A stretch of DNA of 64,000 nucleotides from Felis catus (taxonomy: Eukaryota), in assembly GCF_018350175.1 (NCBI RefSeq), contig NC_058368.1, forward strand, positions 60,080,001 through 60,144,000, given 5' to 3'. Below the pieces are notes generated by a model that worked only from the letters and a program-made list of their open reading frames with translations, made no database searches and was not told the origin of the DNA. Shown one piece after another: positions 12,481-25,375 of this stretch (positions within the stretch are counted from its first letter, which is position 1; each line of letters starts with the position of its first letter). The position numbers and the translations under genes are program-made.

Positions 12481-12915
12481 TAAAATAAAGTACATCTTAA
12501 ATACATAATTTTCTTCATTTTATTATTTTAATTTGGTTAGTATATCATCTTTTTACCTTAGAAACTCAGATATTATTAACTATGAGTCCTTGAGGTGTTA
12601 TAAATTTAAGATGATATCATAAAAAGATTCATGGGATTATGACAGAATCATCTTTATATTTAAAGGTATAATTGGAATGATAAATAAGTAAATTCTATGG
12701 CAAGAGCTATCACTATTTTAAAAAGTTAGAAGTTGGTAAAAAGTATCGAAAATAAAGGTTAATGGAAATCATAATGTCAAATTAATATTTCTTTCAACTA
12801 CTGAACTTCATTAATGCTAATCTTTACATGATTTATGGTCATTGGAGAAAATCCAAATGGCAATTGTTGAATAAGACTTATTAGAGAAAACAACCTTGTT
12901 CTCATTCTTTTTAAA

Positions 12916-12981
12916 TAGACATTTTAGATATGTTCCCAGCCAAAGTGTTAGACATTTTAGATATGTTCCCAGCTAAAGTGT
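12916..12981. repeat. 33-bp tandem duplication, 2 copies, 1 mismatch
   Basis: TAGACATTTTAGATATGTTCCCAGC(C/T)AAAGTGT at 12916-12948 and 12949-12981. Confidence 0.95.
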
Positions 12982-14074
12982 TTTAAGATAATTTTATAAA
13001 TTTCTCATATAAAACATAGCTTAAAACAACTTGCCATATAACTTCAAAATTACTTCTACCTAATTATATTTCATTAGTACATTGAACATACAGACTATCC
13101 TTAAAATTTACGTGTAAGTGAAAGATACAATTTACATGATATTTTCTTTAGGAAGATAGCTGGTAAAGCTTGTTATTTGGTTCAGTGTGTATGCCCCCAG
13201 GTTGCTATGACAAGGAGAAGAGATTAATATTCTGTAAAACCTTAGTTTACTAATAGATTTCTAGCTTAAAAAATGAATATCTGCATTATCCCATGCATGA
13301 CACTGGTCACTAAACTTTACCAAAATAATGTGACATTTTCTTAGTACAGGGGTACAGAACATCATCACAGCAGAATTAAAAAATAAAGAAAGAATTTTCA
13401 ATGTAATATAGAAAGTGCCATTCCACTCAGAGGATTTTAGAATTTGTATTGACGATCTAAGACTCCAACCTCTGAAGAGATTTTAACACATTTTTCAGTT
13501 TTACAGCATTTCTTTCAAGGAATCTTGAGACTGAAATCACGGAATCTTACAACCTGTAAGATACACCTGGTGATTTCAACCTCAAGAGATTATATTAGCA
13601 CAATAATTGAGGATTTAAAATACTCTCTTGTTCAAGATTTTATTTTTTAGCCTATATTTGTTTTTTCTTTCTTCATGGCAAATAACTGGAAACAAAATGC
13701 CTTTTTTAAAACAATGATACGAAATACTAACCTCTAGCTGATTTTCCCTCTGTTAAGTTTTATATGGTCTGAATTGAAAGAAGGCCATTGTGCCTGTTTG
13801 TAAGATGACCTTCCTTACCAGAATAGCTATTAATGTTGAAAATACTATGCTGTGAATATAGGCTGATTATAAATGGCGCTCATATGCATTGCTTGGAAAA
13901 ATAATGTCCACAGATTTGATAAATACTGAAAACAAAACAAAACTAAAACAATAATTTACCCTTTTTGAAAACCACTGTTTCTGCATCCACACCACAAAAT
14001 TTCAGTAAATAAACTCACCTTGTCAAATCCCAGCATATGGTCAAAAAGAGCAACTCATAGATTAGGGGTATTTC

Positions 14075-14295
14075 ACTTGATGTGTAAGGAGTTGGGTTCA
14101 GATTATCATAATTCTTGAGTTTAAATTGTGCTCCCCATTCACTATGATAGGTGAGTTATTTAAATCTCCTTTTACTTCCATAAAATGAAAACACTAAAGA
14201 GATAGAAGCCACACTTGCAAACAATAAAGTAGATAATACATACCCCAGTGCCCAAAGTGCCTTGAATGTTGTAAAAGCAAATTAAATAGCATTAT
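14075..14295 (+). mobile_element. MIR, degraded
   Basis: GAGTTTAAAT...GGTGAGTTATTTAAATCTC...CATAAAATG, then a 3'-like AAAGTGCCTTG...TTAAATAGCATTAT. Confidence 0.5.
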
Positions 14296-15859
14296 ATATA
14301 TAATATATATACATTTATAAATTAATTATATATATGTAATATATACAATTTTGATACATACCTTTTATCCAACCCTGTTGTCTGAATGTAGGTACAAAAA
14401 AATAAATTGGAAAGAGCTGGAATTATTCTAGGTAGAATTTTTTTAAAAAAGAAAAAAAAAGGAAAACAAAAGTAGGTATCATATAATTATGTCAAAAAAC
14501 CCTTAAAACCCAGAAATTAACAAATAAACATTATATTTCATCAATTATTTAATATTTATTGGTCTGATAAAAATTTTACACGACTGTAGAATTTCCTGTT
14601 GAAATATTGATTGCACTGTTTCTAAATACATAAATGTAAGCATAAACTTTAAAATGATAAGCAGTTCTTTTAAAACTTTATAAAATAACATAAATCACAG
14701 AGCATTGAAATATGCTTTGGGATTCATCTGAACCTCCTATTTGGTTAGAATAGTTTCTGGTGCAGCAAAATGAGTATTTCCATGACCTGTTATGAGCTGC
14801 TTGCTACCAGTAGGATTTGGGTATTTTACATTTTCTGTATGTTGATTTTTTGATTATCTAAATTTTCTCTAAATTTGTAATTTCTTTGTATAAAAGGTGA
14901 TACTTGACATTTTTTTCTCTCTCCCTTTCTCTTTCTTTCTGTTTTTTCTCTCTTTTTTGTTTCTTTGACAGAAAAGGCAGAAACTTAAAAAATAATAAGA
15001 TTTGTTGCTTATTGGGACAAATATGAAATGTTGCTTAAATTCTTATAGTGTTTCTATAGATATAAAAGTTGCACTGTCAACAAAGTTGAGTGCTTTCTCT
15101 AATGCAAGGAACAATCAATTTCACTACTTTGACTATTAACATTCAAATAGATTAACTTGAGAAGCAATGGAAAACAAAAAATTGGAAATCCTGAATGAAG
15201 ATTTCTGAGCTTATTCTTTTTTACATGTGAATTGATGATCATAGGAGTAGGTACAAAGGCAAGTGGATTCCAGAAAAGACTTTTGATACATGGAATTTAT
15301 TTGAATAGAATATATTTGAATATATTTAAATGCTAGTGCAATAAATCTTCAGCAAGAGGTAGAGTTGAAAATAAAGAAGAAAGAGAACTGAGATTGTTTA
15401 TTTCAACAGCAAGAGAAAATGGGAAGTAAATCTTAATCACAGCAGAGAAATCACCCTTCAATCAGGAATAAATAGTGTTATTAAAAGGCTAGGGATGAAA
15501 AACAAAAGAAAGGACAGTAATAGTAGAGCATGAGTACCCATACTAATAAATGTGAAGAATTTAATGGAAAATTTAATGGATTTTTTTAACATAGGAAATT
15601 ATATCTACTGAGATTGAGAGGGGAAAGAGGGTGTGGACTATGAGGAGAGTGGACAAAATTTTAAATTCTAATTGCAAGGAAATGAGAAAGTGGTTGAAGA
15701 TTAGGACATGTGGGATGGAATATGAGAAACACAATCCTATATGTTCTAACTCAACAGTTTTCTTAGTGTGAGAACTAAAGTTTTGAGACATGTAACTCAG
15801 AATACTGTGGAAAACTCATCTTCATACACAATTAAACAATATCAGCTTTATTTCAAGAG

Positions 15860-16110
15860 TTGGCCCAATGTCACCTTTAACCTCTTAATTTTTACAAACT
15901 ACCATGGAAAGAATTGATCTTTCTTTGGGGTAGCATAAATCTTGGCCAATGTATATATTTACCATCCAAATCACATTGTATGAAATATTTTCATGTGTAT
16001 GTCAACTTCTAGGTTCTCAGTTACTTGAGCAATGATCATCTTTACAACCTTGTAATGTGTAGCTCATTATCCAAAAAAGAGTTGACCCTCATTAATGTGT
16101 AAATTCTTGA
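15860..16110 (+). mobile_element. L2 3'-end fragment, degraded
   Basis: AATGTCACCT...TCACATTGTATGAAAT...TCAGTTACTTGAG...CTCATTAATGTGT pattern. Confidence 0.4.
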
Positions 16111-16193
16111 TTAGGTTAAATGTTCATTTGACAGACAGCATCATGTTCTATAATATGCCTAATTAGCATAATGACTAAAATACAGAAGAATAA

Positions 16194-16220
16194 ACACACA
16201 CACACACACACACACACACA
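16194..16220. repeat. (CA)n microsatellite
   Basis: Direct reading. Confidence 0.95.
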
Positions 16221-16409
16221 AAGCTAATGAGGTGACACATTCTGATCCTCTATTAGATACCATTTCAGAACCGGAACTCTTTATTCTGTTTGGTCTCTGA
16301 CTCGGCTTGGTTGATCTTCCTTAATTACTATTCACTTACATCTCTACATATAATTTTAGGTTCCAATATCTTTCCAAAATTTATAATGATATAATCTATA
16401 ATTATTAAG

Positions 16410-16570
16410 AGGCTGGGGTTTAGAGTGACATAGTCTCATGGTTTTAAAATCTTGTGTTATGCTTTAATAACTTGGGATATTATACAATGCTTCTTAGATT
16501 TAGGTTCTTTATGTTTTAAATGCGGTTAAAAAGTGTGAGAATTAATGACAAAAGGCAATAAAGCCACTGG
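16410..16570 (+). mobile_element. MIR fragment
   Basis: GGGTTTAGAGTGACA...AACTTGGGATATTATACAATGCTTCT...GTGAGAATTAATGA. Confidence 0.45.
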
Positions 16571-19118
16571 AATGTATTCATTGTATTTAATATGTTGTGT
16601 GAAAAAAAATCTGTAAATATTGTACCATGATTTCTGGTGTATAGTGTTCTAGATAGTGGTGATCAGCTTGATTTTCAAAATTACTTTGATATTATGATTT
16701 TTTTCCTTTTTGTAACTTAAAAAATAAAAATATTACCAATATATGTTTAATCTTAGTGCTATTCACTACTATATCCTGGCAAATGGAACACTTTCTAACA
16801 TGACTTTCCTGCTATTTCTTCAATTCCAGTAAATTATTTTCCATTGTCTCTTTATTCTCTCTGCTTAATTTTCTTTGGTTCATTTTTGAATATCATAATT
16901 ATGAAACAAATCACTGTTTTTCCTATTGTATATCAATATTTTTTCTTCTGTTACCTGAAAAGGTGAGTATAACAAGTTTACACTCTCCATGTTATCAATT
17001 TTATTTTTCCACTGTGCCATGTCTGAAATATATTACTTGTAGTCAGAGATTTATTAGGCTGCAGGGATATGCTTTCTGTTTTTAGGTTTTCCTTGCTTTT
17101 AAAAAATTTTTAATGTAGTTATTAAAAGCCATTTTATTTTTATACAAAGTATATGCTTCCTTTGTTTTATTGATATTATAAACTACATGCATTATAGAAT
17201 CATTCTCTATATCCTATACTGTAATTTTTACACCAATATGTTTATACTCTCTAATTTCTGAAAAAATATCTCACCTTTTGCCTGGAGAATATTTTAAATC
17301 ATAACAGTTTTTTTTCTTGTTTTCATCCTGAATCAGACAAAGGCATGCTTAATTTGTTACTTTTTCTTTAACTGACGGCTCATAAAAATTTAATTACTTT
17401 TGAGATGGAAAACAGCTGCTAAGCTAAATGTTATTAACCAGTTGATTTTCAGTTATATTAGGCTCTGGTAATTAAGAAATATTATGCTGTATAATGCAAC
17501 AAATTTCTATTTATTGGATTGTTTTCCTTCAGAATGTGGATTGTGATTTACTCTTTGGGAATCAAAAGCAGCTCAAAATTTTATTTTCTACTTCCAAAAA
17601 GTGGATGGATATATTTAGGCTGTAGCATCAGCTAATTGTGTTACAAATGTTTTACTGTCTCTTTCCTTACCTGTAGCTCACTTTGAAAGCTAGCATGCAA
17701 TTAACTCTTGCCTCTCCCACCTTCTTTCCAACAGTGTTGAAATAAAGAGCTCTGATCTCCTAATAGCTGTCCAAAGACTATAACTATAAAGGCATGACTG
17801 GGTGTGGGAGCCTGCTCTATTTTCTTGGGAAATTGTACAGGTGCAATGGAGGGATATGTTCCCTTTCTTCTGGTTGATATAACATTATGTCTCTGATAAA
17901 TTTGTCACTAGCCACATTCATAGGGCGTTTCAGAATTTGGACTATGCATTTGCTTCCGAAAATTTATTTATTGGGCTTTATCAATATTAAAATTGATGCA
18001 AATGCTTTTCAGATGATAATGCCATCACCATATCTATAATAAATGATTGTATATTTGTTTACTGTTAATGAATTTGCATGTGTTTCTGATTATACATAAG
18101 TTTAATTACATGCTTTTAAAGGAGAATTAGAAATCACTAAAAGAGTCATCTCAAACAAAAAATGTACAATCTCTTGAATGTTGAAAAATCTGTAAATTAT
18201 AGTCCTATGATCTATTTATGTTGATTTCTTTCAAAATTACAAAATCCCATGTGAAATTTGGTGCTTCAATTTGGGGACATTATACTATAAAAACCTGATA
18301 TTCAAGACGATAGTCAAAAATTTTTTTCCTCTGTTTCTTCCCTTGTGAATTATATATTATTGGGTCAGGTAGTTAAACTGCATAAAATCATAACAGCATT
18401 GACAATGAAGTTAACTTCATTAAAGGATAATATATTCACATTTGTATATTATATTTTAAATATGTAAGCTGTGTACATGTTATACAATATTGATTTATTC
18501 CACAACACTAATTTTTAAATTCAATAGCACCAACGTCTAAAGCATTTGCTTTTAAAGTTACGATTTTTTATTAATAATGACTATACTTTCAGACATATTT
18601 CTGGGCTGTAAAACTTTTAAATGATTCCCTACAAAATCATTATAAATGAATGAATAAATAAGTAAATAAATAGTGTTTTGTGGATATATACATATATTAA
18701 GAAAAACCAATCAGTACAGAAAATCTAATAATACAATAATATTTTTATTATGGAATTGTATAAAATGAGATATAAAACATACTCCAGAGCATAAACACAA
18801 TCATTTTCTGAGGTCAGGAGGATATTTCTTCAAGAATAAATATAGCTCAACTGCCCAGTTCAAAATGATTAAAGCCACTAGTCTTGTTTTCAAAAAAGTG
18901 TGGAACAAGTCTTGCTGAAAGTAGTAACTCTTTCTAAGAATCCCATCCTGGCTTTATATCCCTGAAATCATTTAAAAGTTTTACTTTTGGCTGTGATACG
19001 TTCCTATGATATTTAATATAAGTGAGTTATTCTTTTATTTAGTAGCAATATATCACATTTTAAAGAATTGTGTTTGCCAAACATTTATGACATTATAACG
19101 TATACCTTTTTCTTGCAG

Positions 19119-19145
19119 TCCCTGGAATTCAATCTGGCAACCGAA
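19119..19145 (+). other. Candidate 27-nt microexon (unverified)
   Basis: Acceptor TATAACGTATACCTTTTTCTTGCAG, exon TCCCTGGAATTCAATCTGGCAACCGAA, donor GTATGT. Length is a multiple of 3 with no internal stop in any frame. Confidence 0.25.
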
Positions 19146-19522
19146 GTATGTCTCCAATAAAAAAGATGAAAGCAATTGTCAATTTAATTTGTGTTTACCT
19201 CAATTCTGATTGCTCCAATGTCTTAAAAATATGTTAGTGCCTGTGCAATTAAAATACAAATTTGATATTTAATACTTACAAATGTCTTATGAGTACAATC
19301 ATCCTTTACAGCCACATAAAAGGTGATTTGCTCAAGTCATAAGCCAAACCCAAGGGTAAGTCACATATTAATATTAAATGGTGCAAAAAAGGCAATAAAA
19401 AATCACAACATGCTTCCATTTACTTTTTTCTTTCTTAGAAGGATGCTAAAATTGGAAATATTTGCCTTTAAGTTGTTGGAGCAAGGGCAGTGTAAGTGTA
19501 CCAAGATGGTGAATTAAAGTTA

Positions 19523-19729
19523 GGGGTGCCTGGGTGGCTCAGTTGGTTGAGTGTCCGACTTCGGCTCAGGTCATGATCTTGTGGTCTGTGGGTTCAAGCC
19601 CCATGTGGGGCTCTGTGCTGACAGCTTGAAGCCTGCTTTGGATTCTGTGCCTCCCTCTCTCTCTGCCCCTCCCATGCTCATGCTCCGTTTCTCTGTCAAA
19701 AATAAATTTAAAAATTAAAAAAAATTAAT
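19523..19729 (+). mobile_element. Can-SINE (feline)
   Basis: GGGGTGCCTGGGTGGCTCAG head, A tail, TSD TTAAAGTTA (19514-19522, 19730-19738). Confidence 0.95.
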
Positions 19730-20103
19730 TTAAAGTTAAATTAGTTGTATTCATATCCTTAGAAGAAATAGGAAATAATTTTAGCACAGTTAGTTTTCAA
19801 ATCAGATTTACTTACATTTTCATTTTACAAGTGTTCCCCTTTATTATGCTAAATACAACAAATGTTAAATGATTGCGATATCCTTGTTTCTACAAAACTG
19901 GCATTATGGATTTTACTATATGTAAGCCATATGTTCAGTGCTAGGAAATGGTAAATACGTCTGAGATTTGTCATGAAGTTTATAACTTAGATCTCAGAAA
20001 AAATGTAAGATATTCACCAGATTAATATTGTAGAGGTTACAAACCCATTTTCTGGTACTGCAAAAGAACAGGGATTTAATCTCATTAAAAGAATATGCTC
20101 AGA

Positions 20104-20357
20104 GTCACCTGGGTGGCTCAGTCAGTTAAGCATCCAACTTTGGCTCAGGTCATGATCTCACTGTGTGTGAGTTTGAGCCCCTCATCAGGCTCTGCGCTGA
20201 CAGCTTGGAGCCTGGAGCCTGGAGCCTGCTTCAGATTCTGTATCTTCCTCTCTCTGCCCCTCCTCCACTTGTGCTCTGTCTCTCTGTCTCTCTGTCTGTT
20301 TTTCTCCCTGTCTCTCAAAAATAAATACACATTTTTAAAAAATTAACAAAAAAGAGG
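20104..20357 (+). mobile_element. Can-SINE (feline) with a duplicated GGAGCCT unit
   Basis: Typical body; TSD ATATGCTCAGA (20093-20103, 20358-20368). Confidence 0.95.
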
Positions 20358-20609
20358 ATATGCTCAGACTCTTGGAGGAGTGAAGACTTTTTAAAAGACA
20401 AGAGTAATGCACAGATACTGGACAAAAGCATCTGTATGTTAAAAAATGGAAAACACCATGTATGTGCACACACATACACAATCTTTGCTGAAACACGAGA
20501 AGGTGTAGGCTGAACCAGTAGGGATGAGAAGATAAAGAACAAAATGGACTAATGTTATACATCTAGTTTAATGACTATGAAGACCATCATATCATTAGAG
20601 AAAACAGGA

Positions 20610-20940
20610 GATGTTTCCATAAAGAACATGATTCAATATTTTGATGTTTGACTGCTACACATTTTAAACCTCTCTAACCTCCCTTCCCCTTCTGCACCAC
20701 ATTTGGGTGATCTATTAAATCCTGGGTGCTCCTTCTTTTGGCACAAGTGGGAGATTCAAACTAAGCAAGATTTTGCTCAAGCCCACACCCCAGCCCATCC
20801 CTAAATCATAATAAAAGCCCTGAGCTAGGCCCCTTTCCTAGCCCTCTCAACCTATTTTGTATCTGCTTGAGGCTTGTTCTGCTCTTCCAAGAGACTCCAA
20901 TTATGTAGGTAATAAAATTTAGTTGTAGGCTGGTGACAAC
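20610..20940 (+). mobile_element. Solo LTR, ERVL MER74/MER54-like
   Basis: TGTTTGACTGCT...CCCTTCCCCTTCTGCACCACATTTGGG...CTGGGTGCTCCTTCTTTTGGC...TTCAAAC...ATTATGTAGGTAATAAA resembles the family consensus as I recall it; homologous to 29717-30130. Confidence 0.7.
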
Positions 20941-21749
20941 CATAGTTATAGGCAATTCTCACTTAACAGGGTTAGGTACCTTTAAAAAAGTTCTTAAATG
21001 AAAGTAACCTGAGAAATAAGAAAAAGTAAGACACATTGTTCTTTCCTTCCAAATATAAGATGTATTATTACTGAATGAAAGCAGAAGAAATCTTTAACAT
21101 AGCTCACAATGACAATTTTTAATTAAATTCTAGATCCCCTTTCAAGTGGATTTCTAAAATGGTCAACAAGATGCAAATGGAAGTCATTTCATGTTGCTTC
21201 CTGATAAGGCTTATTGTTCAATTTACCTATAAAGCCATAGGAACAAGGGGCACCACAGTATTTGTTGTCTCAGTATTAATTTCTAATCTCTCATTATTTA
21301 CTCTTATAAACAATCCAAATAACAAGCCAAAGGTGAGTGATCTCTATATACATACTTAGTCATCCCATAGTTAGCAATTAACTCAGAGAATGATCGGCAA
21401 TTCTTTCTCATGGCATCTGTGTGCCATTACAATGTTTTTAATGGAAGAGGAAATTCTCATTCTCATCCTGAAGAGATTGGGCATATGTAGTAACAGAAGT
21501 TTCTTAGGATATATGTGTTGGATTACAATTCCAATTTCCTACTTTTCTCCTAGGTGTTATTAGCTAAACAGAAAGAATATTTGTCCAGAATGAGTTAGGA
21601 AAGACAATACTATGCATGGAAATCTAACCAATTAGAATGTTTATTTTTCAGCAAAGAAATAAGATCGTATTTTTTCAGTGTATTTCCAGCATTTACCCCT
21701 TTATCCCATCAAAAGTAAATCTCTCCATTTATATCCACATCCATCACTA

Positions 21750-22490
21750 TTAATGTTCTCATGGATTCTCCAATTATTTCCTCTCATTTTTATCATGAGT
21801 TTTTCTCTCTCAACTGATCACTTTTGTCAGCCAATAGGAATGTTCTGAAATGTTTCATCTTTTAAAAAGTAATACAAATGATTTGTTGGAAGAGTACGCC
21901 TCATTTTTACTACCATATATTTCTGCATTAAATCACCTCAGAGCTATATTATGAAGCTAAATTCAATAGTAACTCATCTAAACCTATCTTACCTAATCTT
22001 TCCAACACAGTTATACAACTGAAATTTTATTCATGCTTGAGAAACTCTTTCTTACTTCTTTTCTGAGGCAACACTATGGGTTTCCTTCATAATCATCTGG
22101 ATACACACTCTCAATATTCTTTGTGGGCTTTCCCATCTGGGCCAGATGTCCTTATTTTAGGTTGCCCAAGGGGATTAGTGCTATTTCTTTTTAATTATTC
22201 TTATGAATGTAAATGACTCCTAAATTTATCTCCATGCCATTCTTATTATTAAAAATGCATAATTTTGGATTTGAATGACTGCTTCATATATCCACATGGA
22301 TATGGACATATAATCATCTACGGTTAAATGACTGATTTCCTTCTTCTTATCAACCGAAATGAACAAGATAACTTTGCCATCTTTGAACTTTTTCTTTTCC
22401 TCATCTTTTACTTGTACTCAGTAACATCTCCTACACTTAGGGTAAAACTAGTTTTTCGTGCAGACTCCCACGGCTTTCTTCCAATACACC
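21750..22490 (+). mobile_element. L2 ORF2/3' remnant
   Basis: Pyrimidine-rich with L2 phrases (CTTGAGAAACTCTTTCTT; AATGACTCCTAAATTTATCTCC; CATATATCCACATGGATAT). Confidence 0.6.
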
Positions 22491-22510
22491 AATGTCTTTT
22501 CTTTTATCTT

Positions 22511-22727
22511 TAAATTTTTTTTTCATTTTTTTTTTTTTGAAGGAGAAAGACACAGAGCATGAGCGGGTTAGAGCAGAGAGAGAGAGGGAGACATAGAATT
22601 TGAAGCAAGCTCCAGGATCTAAGCTGTCGGCAACAGGAGCCCAATGCGGGGCTCGAACTCACAAACTGTGAGATCATGACCTGAGCCGAAGTCTGACGCT
22701 TAACCGACTGAGCCACCCAGGCGCCCC
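22511..22727 (-). mobile_element. Can-SINE (feline)
   Basis: Poly-T, GA-rich part, ending CTGAGCCACCCAGGCGCCCC. Confidence 0.95.
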
Positions 22728-22835
22728 TGTCTCTTTTTTTGAAGTACAAGCAAACTGGAATAAAATCCATCATTTCAAGAAATTCATTTGGTTTCAAGTC
22801 ATCAAAAGCCTCTTAAAAAAAAATCTCCAGACTGT

Positions 22836-23036
22836 GGGGTGCCTGGGTGGCTCAGTGGATTAAGTATATGACTCTTGGTTTTGGCTCAGGTCATGATCTC
22901 ACATTTTGTGCAATTGAGCTCTGTCAGGCTTTGTGCTGACAGTGTGGACCCTGTTTGGGATTCTCTCTCTCCTCTCCCTCAGCTCCTACCCCCACTCTCT
23001 CTCTCTCTCCCTCTCAAAATAAATAAACATTTTTTT
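22836..23036 (+). mobile_element. Can-SINE (older subfamily)
   Basis: GGGGTGCCTGGGTGGCTCAG head; flanking repeat AAAAATCTCCAGAC (22819-22832, 23037-23050). Confidence 0.93.
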
Positions 23037-23384
23037 AAAAATCTCCAGACCTAGAATTAAATTAATCTGATTCCATTGCATACCAAATTATACACTGATT
23101 TCAGGTGTATAACACCTTGAAGAAACAAAGCAAAATCATCTGTGGAGATATACAACATTGTATCAGGCATCAAATAACTTCTAAAAGTAATTTATCAATA
23201 TAGTACTCAGCACAAAAAACAAAGATAACCACTTTTATGAGGGACAAAGCAATATTAGCAGGAACAAACCCAGTAAGAGTCAAGAAAGCCAGACCAACAA
23301 GTAGCCGAGTGAATGGAATTGGCAGGCATATTATCAGGCAATTATGGTATTAGCTCCGACAGAGCAGGAAGATTATTAAGATTA

Positions 23385-24060
23385 TATTTGTGTGCAGCTC
23401 ATAATAGGACCTCAGTATAATAAAGCAAAATTATATAGAACGAATTAATTAGTTAGATTATTAATTAAGTTAATAAACAAACCCAAAGTCATAGTAGAAG
23501 GATCTAAAACAACTCTCAGCCATTGACTAAGTGAAAAATTCAACAAAGTATTATTGTCATTTAGAGGTTTTGAGGAGAAAGTTCTACAACTGACAAATAT
23601 CCCTTTCTTCTAACCATAAGAAAATATTGTTTTTTACAAACATAGTCATGGGATATGTCAAAGCAATGCTCAACAAACTTCAATGATTGAAACCATACAG
23701 AGTACAGTTTCTTAAAAATGATAACATAGCTAGAAATCAATAACAAAATGACTACTATAATATCAGAATATTTTTAGAAATTAAGCAGTATAGGGGCGCC
23801 TGGGTGGCTCAGTCGGTTAAGCGGCCGACTTCGGCTCAAGTCATGATCTCGCAGTCTGTGAGTTCCAGCCCCGCGTCCGGCTCTGTGCTGACAGCTGAGA
23901 GCCTGGAGCCTGTTTCAGATTCTGTGTCTCCCTCTCCCTGACCCTCCCCTGTTCATGCTCTGTCTCTCCCTGTCTCAAAAATAAATAAAACGTTAAAAAA
24001 ATTAAAAAAAAGAAATTAAGCAGTATACTTCTAATTAAATATTAAAGTAATTGCAAGATA
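23385..24060 (+). mobile_element. Old L1M endonuclease-region fragment, interrupted by a SINE
   Basis: CTCAACAAACTTCAATGATTGAAACCATACAGAGTA...CTAGAAATCAATAACAAAA, typical of the L1 endonuclease 3' part. Confidence 0.7.
23793..24010 (+). mobile_element. Can-SINE, young SINEC_Fc type
   Basis: CpG-rich, full-length. Perfect 17-bp TSD AGAAATTAAGCAGTATA (23776-23792, 24011-24027). Confidence 0.97.
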
Positions 24061-24224
24061 ATGATAAAGATTCCTAAAAATATTATGAAAAGAGATGTAC
24101 AAGTTCATAAATAATTGTGGGATAAATTTATGTTTATGAAACTTTGAATGAATTCTCTATAAAATGGGGGGGGGGAGGATTCCCACTTGATTATATTCAG
24201 CATTTTACAATTTTTAATAGTATC

Positions 24225-24480
24225 AATATATCTATATGTCCATATGCTTTCGTTCAAACCCATAGAATGTACAACACCAAAAATGAGTTCTAATGGTAAG
24301 CTATAGACTTTGGGTGATTGATATGTCAAAATAGCTTCATCATGAAAAAACATACCACTTTGGTGGAAGATGCATGACAGAAGTCATCATGGATGGGAGC
24401 AAAGGCATATGAGAAATCTCTGTACTTTCTCAATTTTGCTGTAAACCTAAAAGTGCTCTAAGAAAATGAAATCTTAAAAA
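24225..24480 (+). mobile_element. L1MC-like 3' end
   Basis: CAAACCCATAGAATGTACAACACC...GACTTTGGGTGAT...GAAATCTCTGTACTTTCTCAATTTTGCTGTAAACCTAAAAGTGCTCTAA. Confidence 0.75.
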
Positions 24481-24964
24481 ATATATATATAAAATAAAAT
24501 ATTTAAAGATGTTACAAGGAAATTTCTTCAAGCCATAATATAAAATCTCATCATAAATTCTCAACATTAACATAATATTTAATGCAAGTTCGTTCACTTC
24601 ACTTACTTATAAGGGGCTCAGATATTTTAATTAAATTTCATACGTGTTTTAAGCACTAACTTTGTGTGTGCCTGTGTGTGGTGTAACAATACATCAAGCA
24701 ATCTAAATGATCTTATATTACTTTTATTTTGACTAACTAGGTAAAATCAGCATGTATTATACATTCTCATTATAATAATTTTTAAATATCAAATAACAGA
24801 AAGAAGAATGCCTATTAATTTTCCATTCGACACTTTTCCCCATACAAATGTTGGTTCCATTTATGTTGACACTCTATACCTAATTCATTTTATTCCAGTT
24901 AACAATAAGGTCTAAGGAATGCTATACGGAGATAAGGAATCTGTCTACAAGTGCTGTTGTATGA

Positions 24965-25375
24965 TGGGTTTAACTCCATATCAGCTGATGCAAGATGGCC
25001 AAGCACAATGATCAAAAAAGAATTCTTGAGATGTTTTATGGTGCAAACAGATGCTTTTATTAAAGCACAGGGACAGGACCCATGGGCTGAAAGAGCTGCA
25101 CTTGTGATTGTGGGGAATGTCTGATTTAGTTAATGGGGGCAAAGGATAAGTAATAATCTAAGAAATTTGTATATGTTGAAGGTGAGGTTTACAGGACCTT
25201 GAAAGTCTGGCTATTGCCAAGATAAGGTTGCCCTTTATTATCAGTAAAACATTAGTCAATAGACCCTTTAGGCATGTCATGTTCTGCATGTCTCAAATGT
25301 GTATCAATGGGCCACGTGTTGTAAGAGGATTCATTTTTGGTTTCATTCTTCCTGCCTTTGTTTTCCTCATCATCA
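24965..25375 (-). mobile_element. Solo LTR, ERV1-like
   Basis: TG...CA termini with 4-bp TSD ATGA (24961-24964, 25376-25379). TTTATT at ~25056 gives AATAAA on the minus strand. Confidence 0.75.

Noticed and set aside
14910..14970. Long polypyrimidine tract ending in GACAG, a strong-looking plus-strand acceptor
   Set aside because: No convincing donor at exon distance and the downstream sequence is low-complexity with stops; may be simple CT-rich sequence.
16955..16968. Consensus donor AAG|GTGAGT on the plus strand
   Set aside because: No matching upstream acceptor defining a plausible exon; isolated motifs are expected by chance.
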